In this document: in pieces, positions 48,882-58,843 of the stretch
Layout: the number at the start of each line of letters is the position of its first letter
Numbering within the stretch: position 1 is the stretch's first letter
From: Deltaproteobacteria bacterium
GTDB taxonomy: Bacteria; Desulfobacterota; Syntrophia; Syntrophales; UBA2210
Length of the DNA stretch: 64,000 bases
Direction: 5' to 3'
NCBI GenBank assembly: GCA_016930775.1
Contig: JAFGGB010000087.1
Span: 405 to 64,404, forward strand
Notes under the pieces: generated by a model
Told to the model about the DNA's origin: nothing
Databases searched by the model: none
The model's input: the letters and a program-made list of their open reading frames with translations, nothing else
Program-made: the position numbers and the translations under genes

Positions 48882-50720
48882 ATGGATTGCATTGAGAACA
48901 GAATTCTCATGGGGAACGAGGCCATCGGGCGGGGCCTCGTGGAGGCGGGATGTACGCTGGCGACTTCCTATCCGGGGACGCCGGCTTCAGAGGTTCTTGA
49001 ATCGGTTGTGGCCTTCGCCCGGGAAACGGGGGCGCCGGTTCATACTGAATGGTCCGTGAATGAGAAAGTGGCCTATGAGGTGGCGCTGGCAAACAGTTAC
49101 GCCGGAAAACGTTCCTCCGTTGCGATGAAGCAGGTTGGACTCAATGTTGCTTCGGACCCTTTCATGAGGTCGGCCTATCTCGGCGTCGTGGGAGGACTTG
49201 TAGTGGTTGTTGCCGACGACCCGGGGCCGCACAGTTCCCAGACAGAGCAGGACAGCCGGTTTTTTTCGCTTTTCGCTCATATCCCCGTATTCGATCCCTC
49301 GACGCCCGCCGAGGCGAAGGACATGGTGGAACGGGCCTTCTCTCTTTCCGAAGAATACGAACTCCCGGTGATGCTGAGACCGACAACCAGAGTATGTCAC
49401 GCCCGCCAGAATGTGATTTGCCGGGCGCCTCGGAGGCTCTCACGAAAAGCCTCCTTCGAAAAAAATCCTGCACGATGGGTGGCGACTCCCAGATATCTCA
49501 CAAAGCTCCACGGGCTGCTCAACGAGAAGGTGGAGGCGATCGCCCGGGATAAAAGTTTTTTGCCGACCCGTATTGCAGGCGACGGCAGCTTTGCCCGCCG
49601 ATGTATCATTGCTTCCGGCGTTGCCTATGCCAATGTACACGATCTCCTACGGGAAATGGGCGTCCTGGGCCGTATCGATTGCTACAAAGTAAACCTGCCG
49701 TATCCTCTGAACAGAGACTTTATCGAAACGATTGATCAACAGTACGACACTGTCATGGTCTTCGAGGAGACCTATCCGACCATCGAGTGCCAGCTTGCCG
49801 CCAGGGGTGTCCGGGGCCGGCGGACCAAGGATGTCCCCAACTGTGGCGAGCTGACGCCCGACATCATCGATGAGGTCCTGAGAAAGTTCCTGGGCCTTTC
49901 GCCGACGGCGAAAACAGAACCGGCGGCGCCAGGCGTGAGGCCGACGCTCTGCCCCGGCTGCCCCCACCGCGCTGCCTTTTTCGCCATCAGAGAAACGTTT
50001 CCCGATGGAATCTTTCCGAGCGACATAGGATGCTATACCTTGGGCATGAATTTCGGCGCTGTCGATACCTGCCATTGCATGGGCGCCTGCATCAGTCAGG
50101 GGGCGGGCTTTTATCATGCCTATTCCGCGGATGGCGGGGCGTTTCCCACGGTCGTCGTCACCATTGGAGATTCCACCTTTTTCCATGCCGGCATACCAGC
50201 TTTGGTGAATGCCGTTTTCTCGGGCGCCCGTATCATCGTAGTTATTCTCGACAACGGCACAACGGCCATGACGGGCAGTCAGCCGACGCCTCAAGTAGGC
50301 ATCAGGGCAGACGGAAGCCGGGGCCGGCGCGTTTTCATCGCTGATCTTGTCAGCGCATCCGGCGTGTCCTTCCTGCGCCGGTGCGATCCCTACGATATGG
50401 AGACCTTCAGGCATCATTTGATTGAGGCCGACGGGTACATACGAAGCAACGATGGCGGAGTGGCCGTAATAATTGCCGAACATCCCTGCATCCTGGATCG
50501 CGATTCCATGAAGAATCAGACCTTTTATGAAATGACAGTAGAGGATTCCTGCGTGGGCTGCAGGATCTGCATCAATACATTTGAATGTCCCGGCCTTGTT
50601 TTTGACGAAGGAACGAAAAAGGCAGTCATTGCCGACGGCGTTTGCATCGGCTGCGGCGTCTGTTCGACCGCCTGTCCTGTGGGTGCTATTTCGGCGGATA
50701 GTCGGAGCGAAAGTATATGA
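48882..50720 (+). CDS. iorA: indolepyruvate:ferredoxin oxidoreductase alpha subunit
   Basis: 612 aa. N-terminus LMGNEAIGRGLVEAGCTLATSYPGTPASE, then a TPP-binding region (GDSTFFHAG) and two C-terminal 4Fe-4S motifs (CVGCRICINTFECP, CIGCGVCSTACP). Confidence 0.9.
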   Translation: MDCIENRILMGNEAIGRGLVEAGCTLATSYPGTPASEVLESVVAFARETGAPVHTEWSVNEKVAYEVALANSYAGKRSSVAMKQVGLNVASDPFMRSAYLGVVGGLVVVVADDPGPHSSQTEQDSRFFSLFAHIPVFDPSTPAEAKDMVERAFSLSEEYELPVMLRPTTRVCHARQNVICRAPRRLSRKASFEKNPARWVATPRYLTKLHGLLNEKVEAIARDKSFLPTRIAGDGSFARRCIIASGVAYANVHDLLREMGVLGRIDCYKVNLPYPLNRDFIETIDQQYDTVMVFEETYPTIECQLAARGVRGRRTKDVPNCGELTPDIIDEVLRKFLGLSPTAKTEPAAPGVRPTLCPGCPHRAAFFAIRETFPDGIFPSDIGCYTLGMNFGAVDTCHCMGACISQGAGFYHAYSADGGAFPTVVVTIGDSTFFHAGIPALVNAVFSGARIIVVILDNGTTAMTGSQPTPQVGIRADGSRGRRVFIADLVSASGVSFLRRCDPYDMETFRHHLIEADGYIRSNDGGVAVIIAEHPCILDRDSMKNQTFYEMTVEDSCVGCRICINTFECPGLVFDEGTKKAVIADGVCIGCGVCSTACPVGAISADSRSESI

Positions 50721-51232
50721 ATCAGCAAATTATCATCAGCGGGCTTGGGGGACAGGGCATCCTGTTTCTTACAAAACTCCTAGCCCAGGCGGCCATGGAC
50801 AGCGGGAACGATGTAATTACCTCGGAAACCCACGGCATGGCCATGAGAGGAGGAACCGTTGTCTCTCACGTAAAGATCGGTTCCTTCCTGAGCCCCCTTA
50901 TCAGAACCGGACAAGCGGACATGGGGTTTTTCCTGACGGCGGGCAGCTTTGAAATTCATAGAGCGTTCCTCCGCGAAGGGGCGCCTGCCGTTATCAATAC
51001 ACCCAGGACCGATGGACCATTCGCAATCGATGCCGCTGCCATCGCCCGCGAGGCGGGAGCTCGTATGGCAACAAACCTGGTTCTTCTTGGTTTCGCCGTT
51101 AAACGAGACCTGCCTTTCTGCACAGTTTCCATCATGAGGGAGGCCATAGGACGGCTGTCTCCCTCTCGACATAGACAGATGAATATTGAGGGCTTTGAAC
51201 GGGGATTAAACTATGAAGGAGGTGCATCATGA
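50717..51232 (+). CDS. iorB: indolepyruvate:ferredoxin oxidoreductase beta subunit
   Basis: IIISGLGGQGILFLTKLLAQAAM ... SETHGMAMRGGTVVSHVKIG is typical of the gamma-like domain of 2-oxoacid:ferredoxin oxidoreductases. A 4-nt ATGA overlap links it to iorA. Confidence 0.88.
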   Translation: MNQQIIISGLGGQGILFLTKLLAQAAMDSGNDVITSETHGMAMRGGTVVSHVKIGSFLSPLIRTGQADMGFFLTAGSFEIHRAFLREGAPAVINTPRTDGPFAIDAAAIAREAGARMATNLVLLGFAVKRDLPFCTVSIMREAIGRLSPSRHRQMNIEGFERGLNYEGGAS

Positions 51233-52251
51233 AGATGCGCGTGCTGTGTCCATTGTTAGCAGTGTTACTGATTGCAAGTGCTGTTGTTGTGCCGCAACCG
51301 GTCGCGGCCGGTCCTCTAACGCTGACCTATGCCAACTTTCCTCCAGCTTCCACGTTTCCCTGCGTCCAGATGGAACGGTGGAAAACAGAGGCGGAAAAAC
51401 GGACCGACCGGGCCGTCCAGATTCAGACCTTTCCGGGCGGCACGCTTTTGGGAGCGAAGAATATGCTCGATGGAGTCATCTCCGGTCAGGCTGATATCGG
51501 CTGCTTTGCCATGTCATACCATCCCGGACGATTTCCCGTTCTTGAAGTGGTCGACCTCCCGCTGGGATGGTCTAACGCCACAGTTGCCAGTCTTGCCCTC
51601 TGGGATCTTTACAACCAGTACCAGCCGGAATCGCTTAGCAAGGTGAAGGTTCTGACTCTTTTTACATGCCCTCCGGCAAACATTATGTCCATCAAGCCGG
51701 TCAGAACGATTGATGATCTGAAGGGTTTCGAAATCAGGGCTGCCGGAACGGGCGTCAAAGTCTTTGAGCTGCTGGGAGCGGCGCCCATCGGAATGCCCCA
51801 GTCAGACGTTCCCGACGCCCTTCACCGAGGCGTCATTCAGGGCATGGCCTCTTCACTGGAGGTTATGAAAGATTTCAAATATGCCGAGTACTGCCGTTTC
51901 ATAACCATGACGAACCTCCAGGTCGTCACCTTCGGCGTGGTAATGAATCTTGACCGCTGGAAAACTCTTCCCGAAAAGACCCAGGCTGCACTGAACTCTT
52001 TGGGCCGCGAGCAGGCGGAGTGGACGGGCCGGTATGTGGATGACCATGTAACCGAAGCCGTGGCTTGGTCGAAGAAGACCTATAACGTGGAGGTCATCTC
52101 ATTGTCCCCCGGCGATCGGGAGCGAATGGACCAGCTCTTGAAGCCCCTGGTTGACGGATATATAGCACGGGTTGGATCGTCGATTCCGGGAGAAAAAATC
52201 GTTAAAGACGTGATCGCCCTGAAGAAACGCTACGAGCGAACAGTGAAATAA
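51229..52251 (+). CDS. dctP: TRAP transporter substrate-binding protein (DctP family)
   Basis: A signal peptide followed by the DctP-like pattern (LTYANFPPAS..., GVISGQADIG). It overlaps the iorB stop by 4 nt and is followed by dctQM. Confidence 0.8.
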   Translation: MKMRVLCPLLAVLLIASAVVVPQPVAAGPLTLTYANFPPASTFPCVQMERWKTEAEKRTDRAVQIQTFPGGTLLGAKNMLDGVISGQADIGCFAMSYHPGRFPVLEVVDLPLGWSNATVASLALWDLYNQYQPESLSKVKVLTLFTCPPANIMSIKPVRTIDDLKGFEIRAAGTGVKVFELLGAAPIGMPQSDVPDALHRGVIQGMASSLEVMKDFKYAEYCRFITMTNLQVVTFGVVMNLDRWKTLPEKTQAALNSLGREQAEWTGRYVDDHVTEAVAWSKKTYNVEVISLSPGDRERMDQLLKPLVDGYIARVGSSIPGEKIVKDVIALKKRYERTVK

Positions 52252-52275
52252 GGGTCGTTCAAAGGGAGATCTGCG

Positions 52276-52779
52276 ATGAATAAGATAATTCGAGGCCTCG
52301 ACGGTCTCATCGATTCTGTGAACAAAGCACTCATGGCGTCGGCAGGCGTTCTGCTCATTGCCATGGTTTGCCTTGCCACACTGAACGTAATCTTACGCAA
52401 AGCAGGCTTTCCCATGAATGGCGCCTTTGAAATCATGGGCTTTTTCGGCGCCCTCGTGGCATCCTTCGCGATGGGACAGACGCTGAAGGCAGGCGAGCAT
52501 ATCGCTATTGACGTGATCGTGAAGATGCTGCCGCGTGTGGTGCAAAGGATTTTTTTGACAGCAAACGACATCGTTTCCGCAGTCTTTTTCGGATTAGCCG
52601 CATGGAAGATCATTGTGTTGGGAACAAACCTCTGGAGAGTGAACGATCTTTCGGAGACACTGCGGATCCCCTACTTTCCCTTTCTTTACGGCGTCGCTTT
52701 CGGGAGCATTGTCATGACCCTGATGATTATCGTGGAAGGGGCTAAACGATTCGTGCCCCCGGGGGAGGTGAAACCATGA
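52276..52779 (+). CDS. dctQ: TRAP transporter small permease (DctQ)
   Basis: 167 aa with 4 TM helices, positioned between dctP and dctM. Confidence 0.8.
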   Translation: MNKIIRGLDGLIDSVNKALMASAGVLLIAMVCLATLNVILRKAGFPMNGAFEIMGFFGALVASFAMGQTLKAGEHIAIDVIVKMLPRVVQRIFLTANDIVSAVFFGLAAWKIIVLGTNLWRVNDLSETLRIPYFPFLYGVAFGSIVMTLMIIVEGAKRFVPPGEVKP

Positions 52780-54080
52780 CCTATTCCATTGTTGGTCTTG
52801 GGGGAATAGGACTCTTGATGGTTTTGCTCCTCCTCTTGGGAATGCCCGTTGGTTTCGCCATGGGGATCGTGGGCGTTGGAGGAATGGCGCTGATCGTGTC
52901 AGGGACGGCGGCGACCGCAATGCTGGGCACGGAGATGTGGAACATCTTTTCTTCCTACGGACTCACCATGATACCTCTCTTTATTCTCATGGGTGAAATC
53001 TGTTTCTATTCCGGTCTTAACCGGCGGCTCTTCAAAGCGACGCATACAGTTGCAGGGCATATTCGAGGCGGTCTTGCCATTGCCACGATCGCCGCCTGCG
53101 CGGGTTTTGCGGCTATCTGCGGTTCAAACACCGCCACGGCGGCGACTATGACGACAGTGGCGTTGCCGGAGATGAGAAAGTATCGGTACGAACCGGCCCT
53201 TTCTCTGGGGGCCATAGCCTGCGGTTCGACGCTGGGCGTCGTGATTCCGCCCAGCGTTGTCCTCATTATTATAGGGCTCTATACGGGACAATCGATCAGC
53301 AAGCTCTTCTATGGCGGCATACTCGCCGGACTGTTGTTGGCGGCTCTGTTTATGATTACCGTCTTCGTTCTCTGCTCAATAAAGCCGGAACGGAGTCCTG
53401 TGGCGAATCACTACAGTCTGCGGGAAAAGATTCGCGCCCTGCCCGGCTTCCTTGAAGCGCTTATTCTTTTTCTCCTGGTCATCGGCGGTCTCTATTCCGG
53501 ATTCTTCACACCCACGGAGGCGGGCGCCGTGGGATCCTTCCTGGCGCTGGTCATGGCCATGGGGCGGCGAAAGATCACATGGCAGGGATTCAAGACTGCC
53601 GTGGCGGAGACCCTGGAGATCTCTTGCATGGTCTTTGTCATTATTGCCGGCGCAGTTATGTTCAGTCGCTTCCTTGCAGTGACGCGGCTTCCTTTTACAG
53701 TTGCTGAATGGGTTGGGTCCCTGCCAGTTCCTCCCGTCGCAGTGCTCTCGGTAATCTTTGTCATCTATATTTTGGGCGGCGCAATTATGGACGCCCTTGC
53801 ATTTCTTCTGATAACGATTCCCATTTTTTTCCCTGTAGTTGAGAAACTTGGATACGATCCTCTGTGGTTCGGCGTCACGATCACAGTAATCACCACGCTC
53901 GGCGCCGTTACGCCCCCTGTAGGGGCAACGACCTACGTTGTGGCCGGCATGGCCAAGGACGAATCGATGACCACAGTTTTCAAGGGCATCTTCTATTTTC
54001 TGCCGGCCTATCTGCTCTGTGTCATTCTACTGGTAGCCTTTCCGTCTATTGTTACATACCTTCCGAATCTTGTACGTTAA
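52776..54080 (+). CDS. dctM: TRAP transporter large permease (DctM)
   Basis: 434 aa and polytopic. The motif AAICGSNTATAATM is typical of DctM. It overlaps dctQ by 4 nt. Confidence 0.88.
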   Translation: MTYSIVGLGGIGLLMVLLLLLGMPVGFAMGIVGVGGMALIVSGTAATAMLGTEMWNIFSSYGLTMIPLFILMGEICFYSGLNRRLFKATHTVAGHIRGGLAIATIAACAGFAAICGSNTATAATMTTVALPEMRKYRYEPALSLGAIACGSTLGVVIPPSVVLIIIGLYTGQSISKLFYGGILAGLLLAALFMITVFVLCSIKPERSPVANHYSLREKIRALPGFLEALILFLLVIGGLYSGFFTPTEAGAVGSFLALVMAMGRRKITWQGFKTAVAETLEISCMVFVIIAGAVMFSRFLAVTRLPFTVAEWVGSLPVPPVAVLSVIFVIYILGGAIMDALAFLLITIPIFFPVVEKLGYDPLWFGVTITVITTLGAVTPPVGATTYVVAGMAKDESMTTVFKGIFYFLPAYLLCVILLVAFPSIVTYLPNLVR

Positions 54081-54102
54081 AATCGTTATGAAAGGAGTGC
54101 AG

Positions 54103-54984
54103 ATGAGGACGGAGCGATTGAGCGGCGCGAGGAGTCTTCCGGTCTTTCCTGAGGATCGCTACGCAATGGTCGGAGACCTCAGGATCAGATACTGGATGGC
54201 GGGGAATGCAGGATCGCCGGTAGTCCTGATACACGGACTTGGTCTCTCGGCGGAAGTTTGGATGTTTACTCTGGAAACCTTGGCACGCCGCCGCCGTATC
54301 TTTGTACCGGACCTGCCGGGATTCGGCCGGAGCGAAAACCCGGCACATTATTCTACGGACTTCCTGGTTTCGTTCATCGATGAATTCCTGAAGGCCTGCT
54401 CCATAGACGAGGTCACGCTCGTAGGATCCTCTCTTGGAGGCGGGCTTTCACTTTTGTATGCGCTTGCCCATCCGGAACGTGTACAAAATCTTGTGCTCAT
54501 CGGCAGCGCCGGTTTCGGACGGGATATTTCTGCAGCCCTCAGGCTTCTCACGCTTCCCGTACTCGGAGAGTGTGTGACGACGCCTTCCCGCCGATGGACC
54601 AGACTGCTCCTTCGAACGTCTGTCTTCGATACATCGCTGATAACTGCTGCGGAAGTGACGCTTTTTTACAAGCTGTCACGGCTTCCGGGGAATCAGAAGG
54701 CCTTCCTGTCGATCCTTCGATCCGCTTGTTCGCTGGGCGGTGTGCGGGAGGAAATTCTGGGACCCATCCGCAGGGGTCTGCCCGGCCTCGTCATGCCGGC
54801 TCTTTTACTCTGGGGCGATCGAGACGCAGTGATCCCGTTGCGATACGGAGAGAAGGCCCGAAGCCTGATGCCGAAATCTTCCATGAAGGTTTTACACCGG
54901 TGCGGACATCTCCCCCCCTATGAGCGGCCGGATGAAACCTGCGACGCTATCCTCGACTTTCTTGACCGACAAGGAATATCGTAG
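54103..54984 (+). CDS. alpha/beta-fold hydrolase
   Basis: HGLGLS oxyanion region, nucleophile elbow GSSLGG and a C-terminal HRCGH. The ATG at 54103 lies 6 nt after AAAGGAG. Confidence 0.8.
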   Translation: MRTERLSGARSLPVFPEDRYAMVGDLRIRYWMAGNAGSPVVLIHGLGLSAEVWMFTLETLARRRRIFVPDLPGFGRSENPAHYSTDFLVSFIDEFLKACSIDEVTLVGSSLGGGLSLLYALAHPERVQNLVLIGSAGFGRDISAALRLLTLPVLGECVTTPSRRWTRLLLRTSVFDTSLITAAEVTLFYKLSRLPGNQKAFLSILRSACSLGGVREEILGPIRRGLPGLVMPALLLWGDRDAVIPLRYGEKARSLMPKSSMKVLHRCGHLPPYERPDETCDAILDFLDRQGIS

Positions 54985-55146
54985 CTGCACAGGAAGAGTA
55001 TTTTTCACACGTCCTTGCGGTGAATACTGTCCGGGAAAGGGAATTTCATGACGACGGCAACATCTGGGGACGCCCTCTTTCATATTGAAAAGCAGTTGTG
55101 CCAAATGGTAGGTTGTTGAAAAAGCGTTTATTGCAGGAGATGTTTC

Positions 55147-56769
55147 ATGCGGGCAGATGACTTGCAGCGCCTTGAATTAATCGACATCGACTCCGTTTCA
55201 GGGTTTCCTTTCCTCGGCTCCCACAGGTTAATGGTTTTCAGCACGGCATCCCTGGGGCGTCTGAGGAAAGATCTCCAACGGGCCATAGGCCCGGAGCAAA
55301 CGAAGGTCATTCTCGCCCGGCACAGTTACGAAACCGGAATGGTTATGGCGATGGCCATAGGCGAACTCTATGAGTTTGATACGCCGGAAGAATGGCTGAA
55401 GGCGGGAAGCCGCATACGGACCATGGCTGGGCTGGCTCACGAACATATCGAGACGATATCTCTCGACAAGGAAACAAAGAGGTTATGCTTCCAGGGCACA
55501 TGGCAAGATTCTTTCGAAGTTCATATATGGAAGGAAAGCTTTGGCGTAAGCGCCGAATCCATATGCGTTATGCTTGCGGGCATGCTCAGCGGCTACGCAA
55601 GCACCGTTATGGGCGCCGAAGTCCTGGTTAGAGAACTGGCCTGTCAGGCGCAAGGCGAATCTCTCTGCCGTTTCGAGGGGCGGACAGTAGCCGAGTGGGG
55701 ACTCACGTCCGAGGAGGTGCAAGCCGTTTTCGCCGTCGGACCCATTGGCGAAGAACTAGTCTCTTTGAAGGCGGCGTTGCTGAAGGCCAACGATGAACTG
55801 GATCTTCAACACAGGCAGATTCAACGGCTCAAGCAGCTGGCTTACCGGCGGGAGCTCAAGGAAGATATAATTTTTCGGAGCGAATCCATGGCGAAAACTC
55901 TTATGCTAGCCGAAAAAGTGGCGCCGTCGGCTTCCACTGTTCTCATCCTGGGAGAAAGCGGTACGGGCAAGGAGGTTCTGGCCAAATTCATCCACCGTAA
56001 TTCCGGCAGAAAGGACCGCCCATTCCTGGCGATAAACTGCGCCGCACTGCCTCCAAACCTTCTGGAATCGGAGCTTTTCGGCCATCTGAAAGGATCATTT
56101 ACGGGGGCTGACAGGGACAAGAGGGGCCTGTGCGTTGAGGCCGGCGAAGGCACGCTCTTTCTCGACGAGGTTGGGGAGGTCCCCCTGGAGATGCAAGCGA
56201 AACTCCTCAGAGTTCTCCAGGAAAAGAGGATAAGGCCCGTCGGTGGAGTCCGAGACATTCCCGTGACCGCCAGGATCATTGCAGCAACGAACAGAAACCT
56301 TCACGAGATGGTTCAGCAGGGCGCTTTTCGAGAAGATCTCTATTATCGTCTAGCTGTATTTCCTGTAATTGTAATGCCTCTCAGGGATCGTCGCCAGGAT
56401 ATATTGCTCCTGGCGAGACATTTTCTCTCTCGATTGAAAAAGATTCATCGGGGCTTTTCACCGGAGAGCGTTCGTATGCTTGAGGCATACTCGTGGCCCG
56501 GAAATGTGCGTGAGCTGGAGAACTGGATGGAATATGCCGTTATAATGGCCGGCGACGATCTGATCAGACCCGAGCACTTTCCCCTGGCGCCGTTCGGCGA
56601 GGGCGGCTCTTTCAACGACTTGACGGCCGATTATCCTTCGCTCGATGAGCTGGCGCAACGGTATATATCAAGAGTGCTCGGTCATACGGGCGGAAACAAA
56701 CGAGAGGCGGCCCGGATACTCGGCATAGGCGCCAGCACCCTCTGGCGGAGGCTAAAGAATACTCCCTGA
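55147..56769 (+). CDS. sigma-54-dependent activator with XylR-N/V4R-type effector domain
   Basis: The N-terminal ~200 aa resemble XylR/DmpR sensor domains and end in the V4R-like [13 protein letters not shown]. These are followed by the AAA+ core ([26 protein letters not shown]) and a C-terminal HTH. Confidence 0.85.
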   Translation: MRADDLQRLELIDIDSVSGFPFLGSHRLMVFSTASLGRLRKDLQRAIGPEQTKVILARHSYETGMVMAMAIGELYEFDTPEEWLKAGSRIRTMAGLAHEHIETISLDKETKRLCFQGTWQDSFEVHIWKESFGVSAESICVMLAGMLSGYASTVMGAEVLVRELACQAQGESLCRFEGRTVAEWGLTSEEVQAVFAVGPIGEELVSLKAALLKANDELDLQHRQIQRLKQLAYRRELKEDIIFRSESMAKTLMLAEKVAPSASTVLILGESGTGKEVLAKFIHRNSGRKDRPFLAINCAALPPNLLESELFGHLKGSFTGADRDKRGLCVEAGEGTLFLDEVGEVPLEMQAKLLRVLQEKRIRPVGGVRDIPVTARIIAATNRNLHEMVQQGAFREDLYYRLAVFPVIVMPLRDRRQDILLLARHFLSRLKKIHRGFSPESVRMLEAYSWPGNVRELENWMEYAVIMAGDDLIRPEHFPLAPFGEGGSFNDLTADYPSLDELAQRYISRVLGHTGGNKREAARILGIGASTLWRRLKNTP

Positions 56770-56783
56770 AAGGAGCGCATGAT

Positions 56784-58115
56784 ATGGCGAAAAGGCTTGT
56801 CATAGTCGGAGGAGGTGCCGGCGGCCCTTCGATGGCGGCGGAGGCGAAACGGAGAGACCCCTCCCTGGATATCATTATGATTGAACAAGGCGAATACGTA
56901 TCCTATGCGGCCTGACCGATGCCCTATTACATCGGTGATGTAATAGGCGATTCGTCTCTGCTGGTGGCTCGTACCCCCGAGGAGTTTGAAAAATCGGGAA
57001 TTCGAGTGATGCTGAATACATCGGTGGAGTCTATAGATCTGAACAAGAAGGTTGTTGCTCTGGCGGACGAGCGCCGGATACCCTTTGATCTTCTTGGCGT
57101 GGCAACGGGTTCGACCGCTCATTTTCCCGCCATTCCCCTGGATGTTCGTGACGGTGTTTTTGTCTTGAAAAATTTAAACGACGGCCTTGCCCTGAAGAGC
57201 TACATAACAAAAAAGTCTTGCCGCAGGGTTCTCGTTGTCGGAGCGGGCTTCATTGCCATGGAACTCTGCGAGGCTTTCAGGAATCTTGATCTAGAAACGG
57301 TGATTGTTCATCGGGGCGATCGTCCGGTGGCGCGGTGGGATCCTGAATTAACCCAACTAATCGTAAAAACTATCGAAACCAACGGAGTATCCTTCATGAC
57401 GGGAAGGACGGCAAGTGCCGTGGAAGGCAGGAACGGCAGGATCCGTCTACTCACCGATAAAGAATCCTTTGAAGGCGATCTCGTCGTTTTCGCTGCGGGC
57501 GTCCGGCCGAACACTGCGGTGGCGAAAGCAGCGGGGATTGAAATAGGAGCTACAGGCGCCATAAAGGTGGACGCCCTCCAACGAGCCTCAAGCGAGTCTG
57601 TTTTTGCCGTCGGTGATTGCAGCGAGGCCTATCACCGCATCAGCAAGAAGTGGGTCAATCTGCCTTTGGGAGACGTGGCAAACAAACAGGGACGGGTGGC
57701 TGGTCGAGTAGCCGCAGGTCTTTCCGCTGCCTTCCCGGGCGTTGTCGGTTCGCAGGCTTTCAAGGTCTTTAATCTCGAAGCGGCAGCTACGGGACTCACG
57801 GAAGAGGAAGCCGCATCTAGCGGGTTCAAGGTTGCGGCAGTGACGCTCTGGGGGTCGCCGATGGCCCACTCCATGAGCAAAGGCCGAAAACTGGGTCTGA
57901 AGCTTGTGGCAGACAGCAGGACAGGGAAATTGCTGGGAGCGCAGGCCGTCGGTCACGGCGGCGCCTGGGCTCGCATCAACATGCTTTCCGTCTGCTTGTG
58001 GGCAGATCTTTCCATTGATGAATTGATGTTTATGGACATGGCCTATGCTCCACCCTTCGGCGGGGCTTGGGATCTTGTCCACGTAGCAGCCCAGCAGCTG
58101 GCTAAACGACTGTAG
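56784..58115 (+). CDS. CoA-disulfide reductase / NADH oxidase-family flavoprotein with in-frame TGA (candidate selenocysteine) at the active-site Cys position
   Basis: The ATG at 56784 (after AAGGAG) opens MAKRLVIVGGGAGGPSMAAEAKRRDPSLDIIMIEQGEYVSYAA, then TGA (56913-56915), then PMPYYIGDV... This is in frame with track ORF 56919..58115. The family motif is S-F/Y-x-x-C-x-x-P-Y, and the TGA sits exactly where that Cys would be. The total of 443 codons matches the family's usual length. Confidence 0.75.
56923..56947 (+). other. SECIS-like stem-loop downstream of the in-frame UGA
   Basis: CCTATTACATC-GGT-GATGTAATAGG is a perfect 11-bp stem with a GGU apical loop. It starts 7 nt after the UGA, and the loop lies 19-21 nt downstream of it. 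Confidence 0.65.
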
Positions 58116-58125
58116 AGCGAGACCA

Positions 58126-58413
58126 ATGCACTGCTGTTATCGATGCGGAAATTTATACGAAAGCTCTTTACCCGTGAGCAGGCGGGATCGATGCGACGAT
58201 TGCGGGTCTGACCTTCGGATTTGTCGTAACTGTATCTTTTTTGAAGAGACAGCGTACAACAGCTGCCGGGAAACCCAGGCTGAACGTGTTATCGAAAAAG
58301 ACAGGGCAAATTTCTGTGAATATTTCCGTTGGAGAGAAGGCCCTCTGTCAAAACGACAGGAAGGAGGGATCAATGATTTCCGAAAAAAAGCGGAGGCGTT
58401 CTTTAAAAAATGA
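58126..58413 (+). CDS. small Cys-rich (zinc-ribbon-like) protein, unknown function
   Basis: 95 aa with CCYRCG, CDDCG, CRNC, C..C-like spacing and ANFCEYF. It starts 10 nt after the candidate selenoprotein gene. Confidence 0.5.
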   Translation: MHCCYRCGNLYESSLPVSRRDRCDDCGSDLRICRNCIFFEETAYNSCRETQAERVIEKDRANFCEYFRWREGPLSKRQEGGINDFRKKAEAFFKK

Positions 58414-58570
58414 GGACTATTTGAAAGATCTCCATGGCAAACTGTCGACGTCGGCTTCACCACTCGCATCCGTATAGACGGATATGCGGGAAAAATGACC
58501 TTGCAAAGGCCCAAGATACGAGGTATGAAAATCGCCGATGGACATGCTCCGATGTGGTGGGATGTGTTAA

Positions 58571-58843
58571 ATGGTTGCCATGGGACGGGAATATTATGAT
58601 GTTAAAGTGTCTCAGGTTCTAAGGTGGGTCGGCACTGCCTGGCTTGTCCTTATAGGTTTTTTCCTCCTGGTTGGTTATGGAGGCGTTATTTTCACTGCAG
58701 ACTCAGTCACTGCGGGACTCCAGGACTTTCGCGCCATGCTGGGAGACATGAGTATCCGTAGCGGTGCGACAGTCGTCTTTATTATCATGCCTGGGATTAT
58801 TGCAAGAATGCTAGCGAGCCGGCTTGCAAAAAAATCTCGATAG
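58571..58843 (+). CDS. small hypothetical membrane protein
   Basis: 90 aa with two hydrophobic segments (WVGTAWLVLIGFFLLVGYGGVIF and ATVVFIIMPGIIARML). The start is uncertain and no family was recognised. Confidence 0.3.
   Translation: MVAMGREYYDVKVSQVLRWVGTAWLVLIGFFLLVGYGGVIFTADSVTAGLQDFRAMLGDMSIRSGATVVFIIMPGIIARMLASRLAKKSR

Noticed and set aside
49647-50483. 278-aa minus-strand ORF inside iorA. Similar ORFs occur at 47318-48049 (opposite paaK), 10490-11308 (opposite the MCP), 3461-4273 (opposite EF-G), 5894-6691, 7129-7815, 8599-9333, 21982-22683, 28373-29038 and 29654-30241.
   Set aside because: All overlap stronger calls on the opposite strand and lack motifs or plausible starts.
55085-55104. 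TGGCAC on the minus strand upstream of the XylR-type activator, which looks like a sigma-54 -24 element.
   Set aside because: The downstream GC dinucleotide is only 7 nt from the GG, not 10, and no TTGC element is at the right spacing. The TGGCAC at 24929-24934 has the same problem and fits better as a sigma-70 -35 box.
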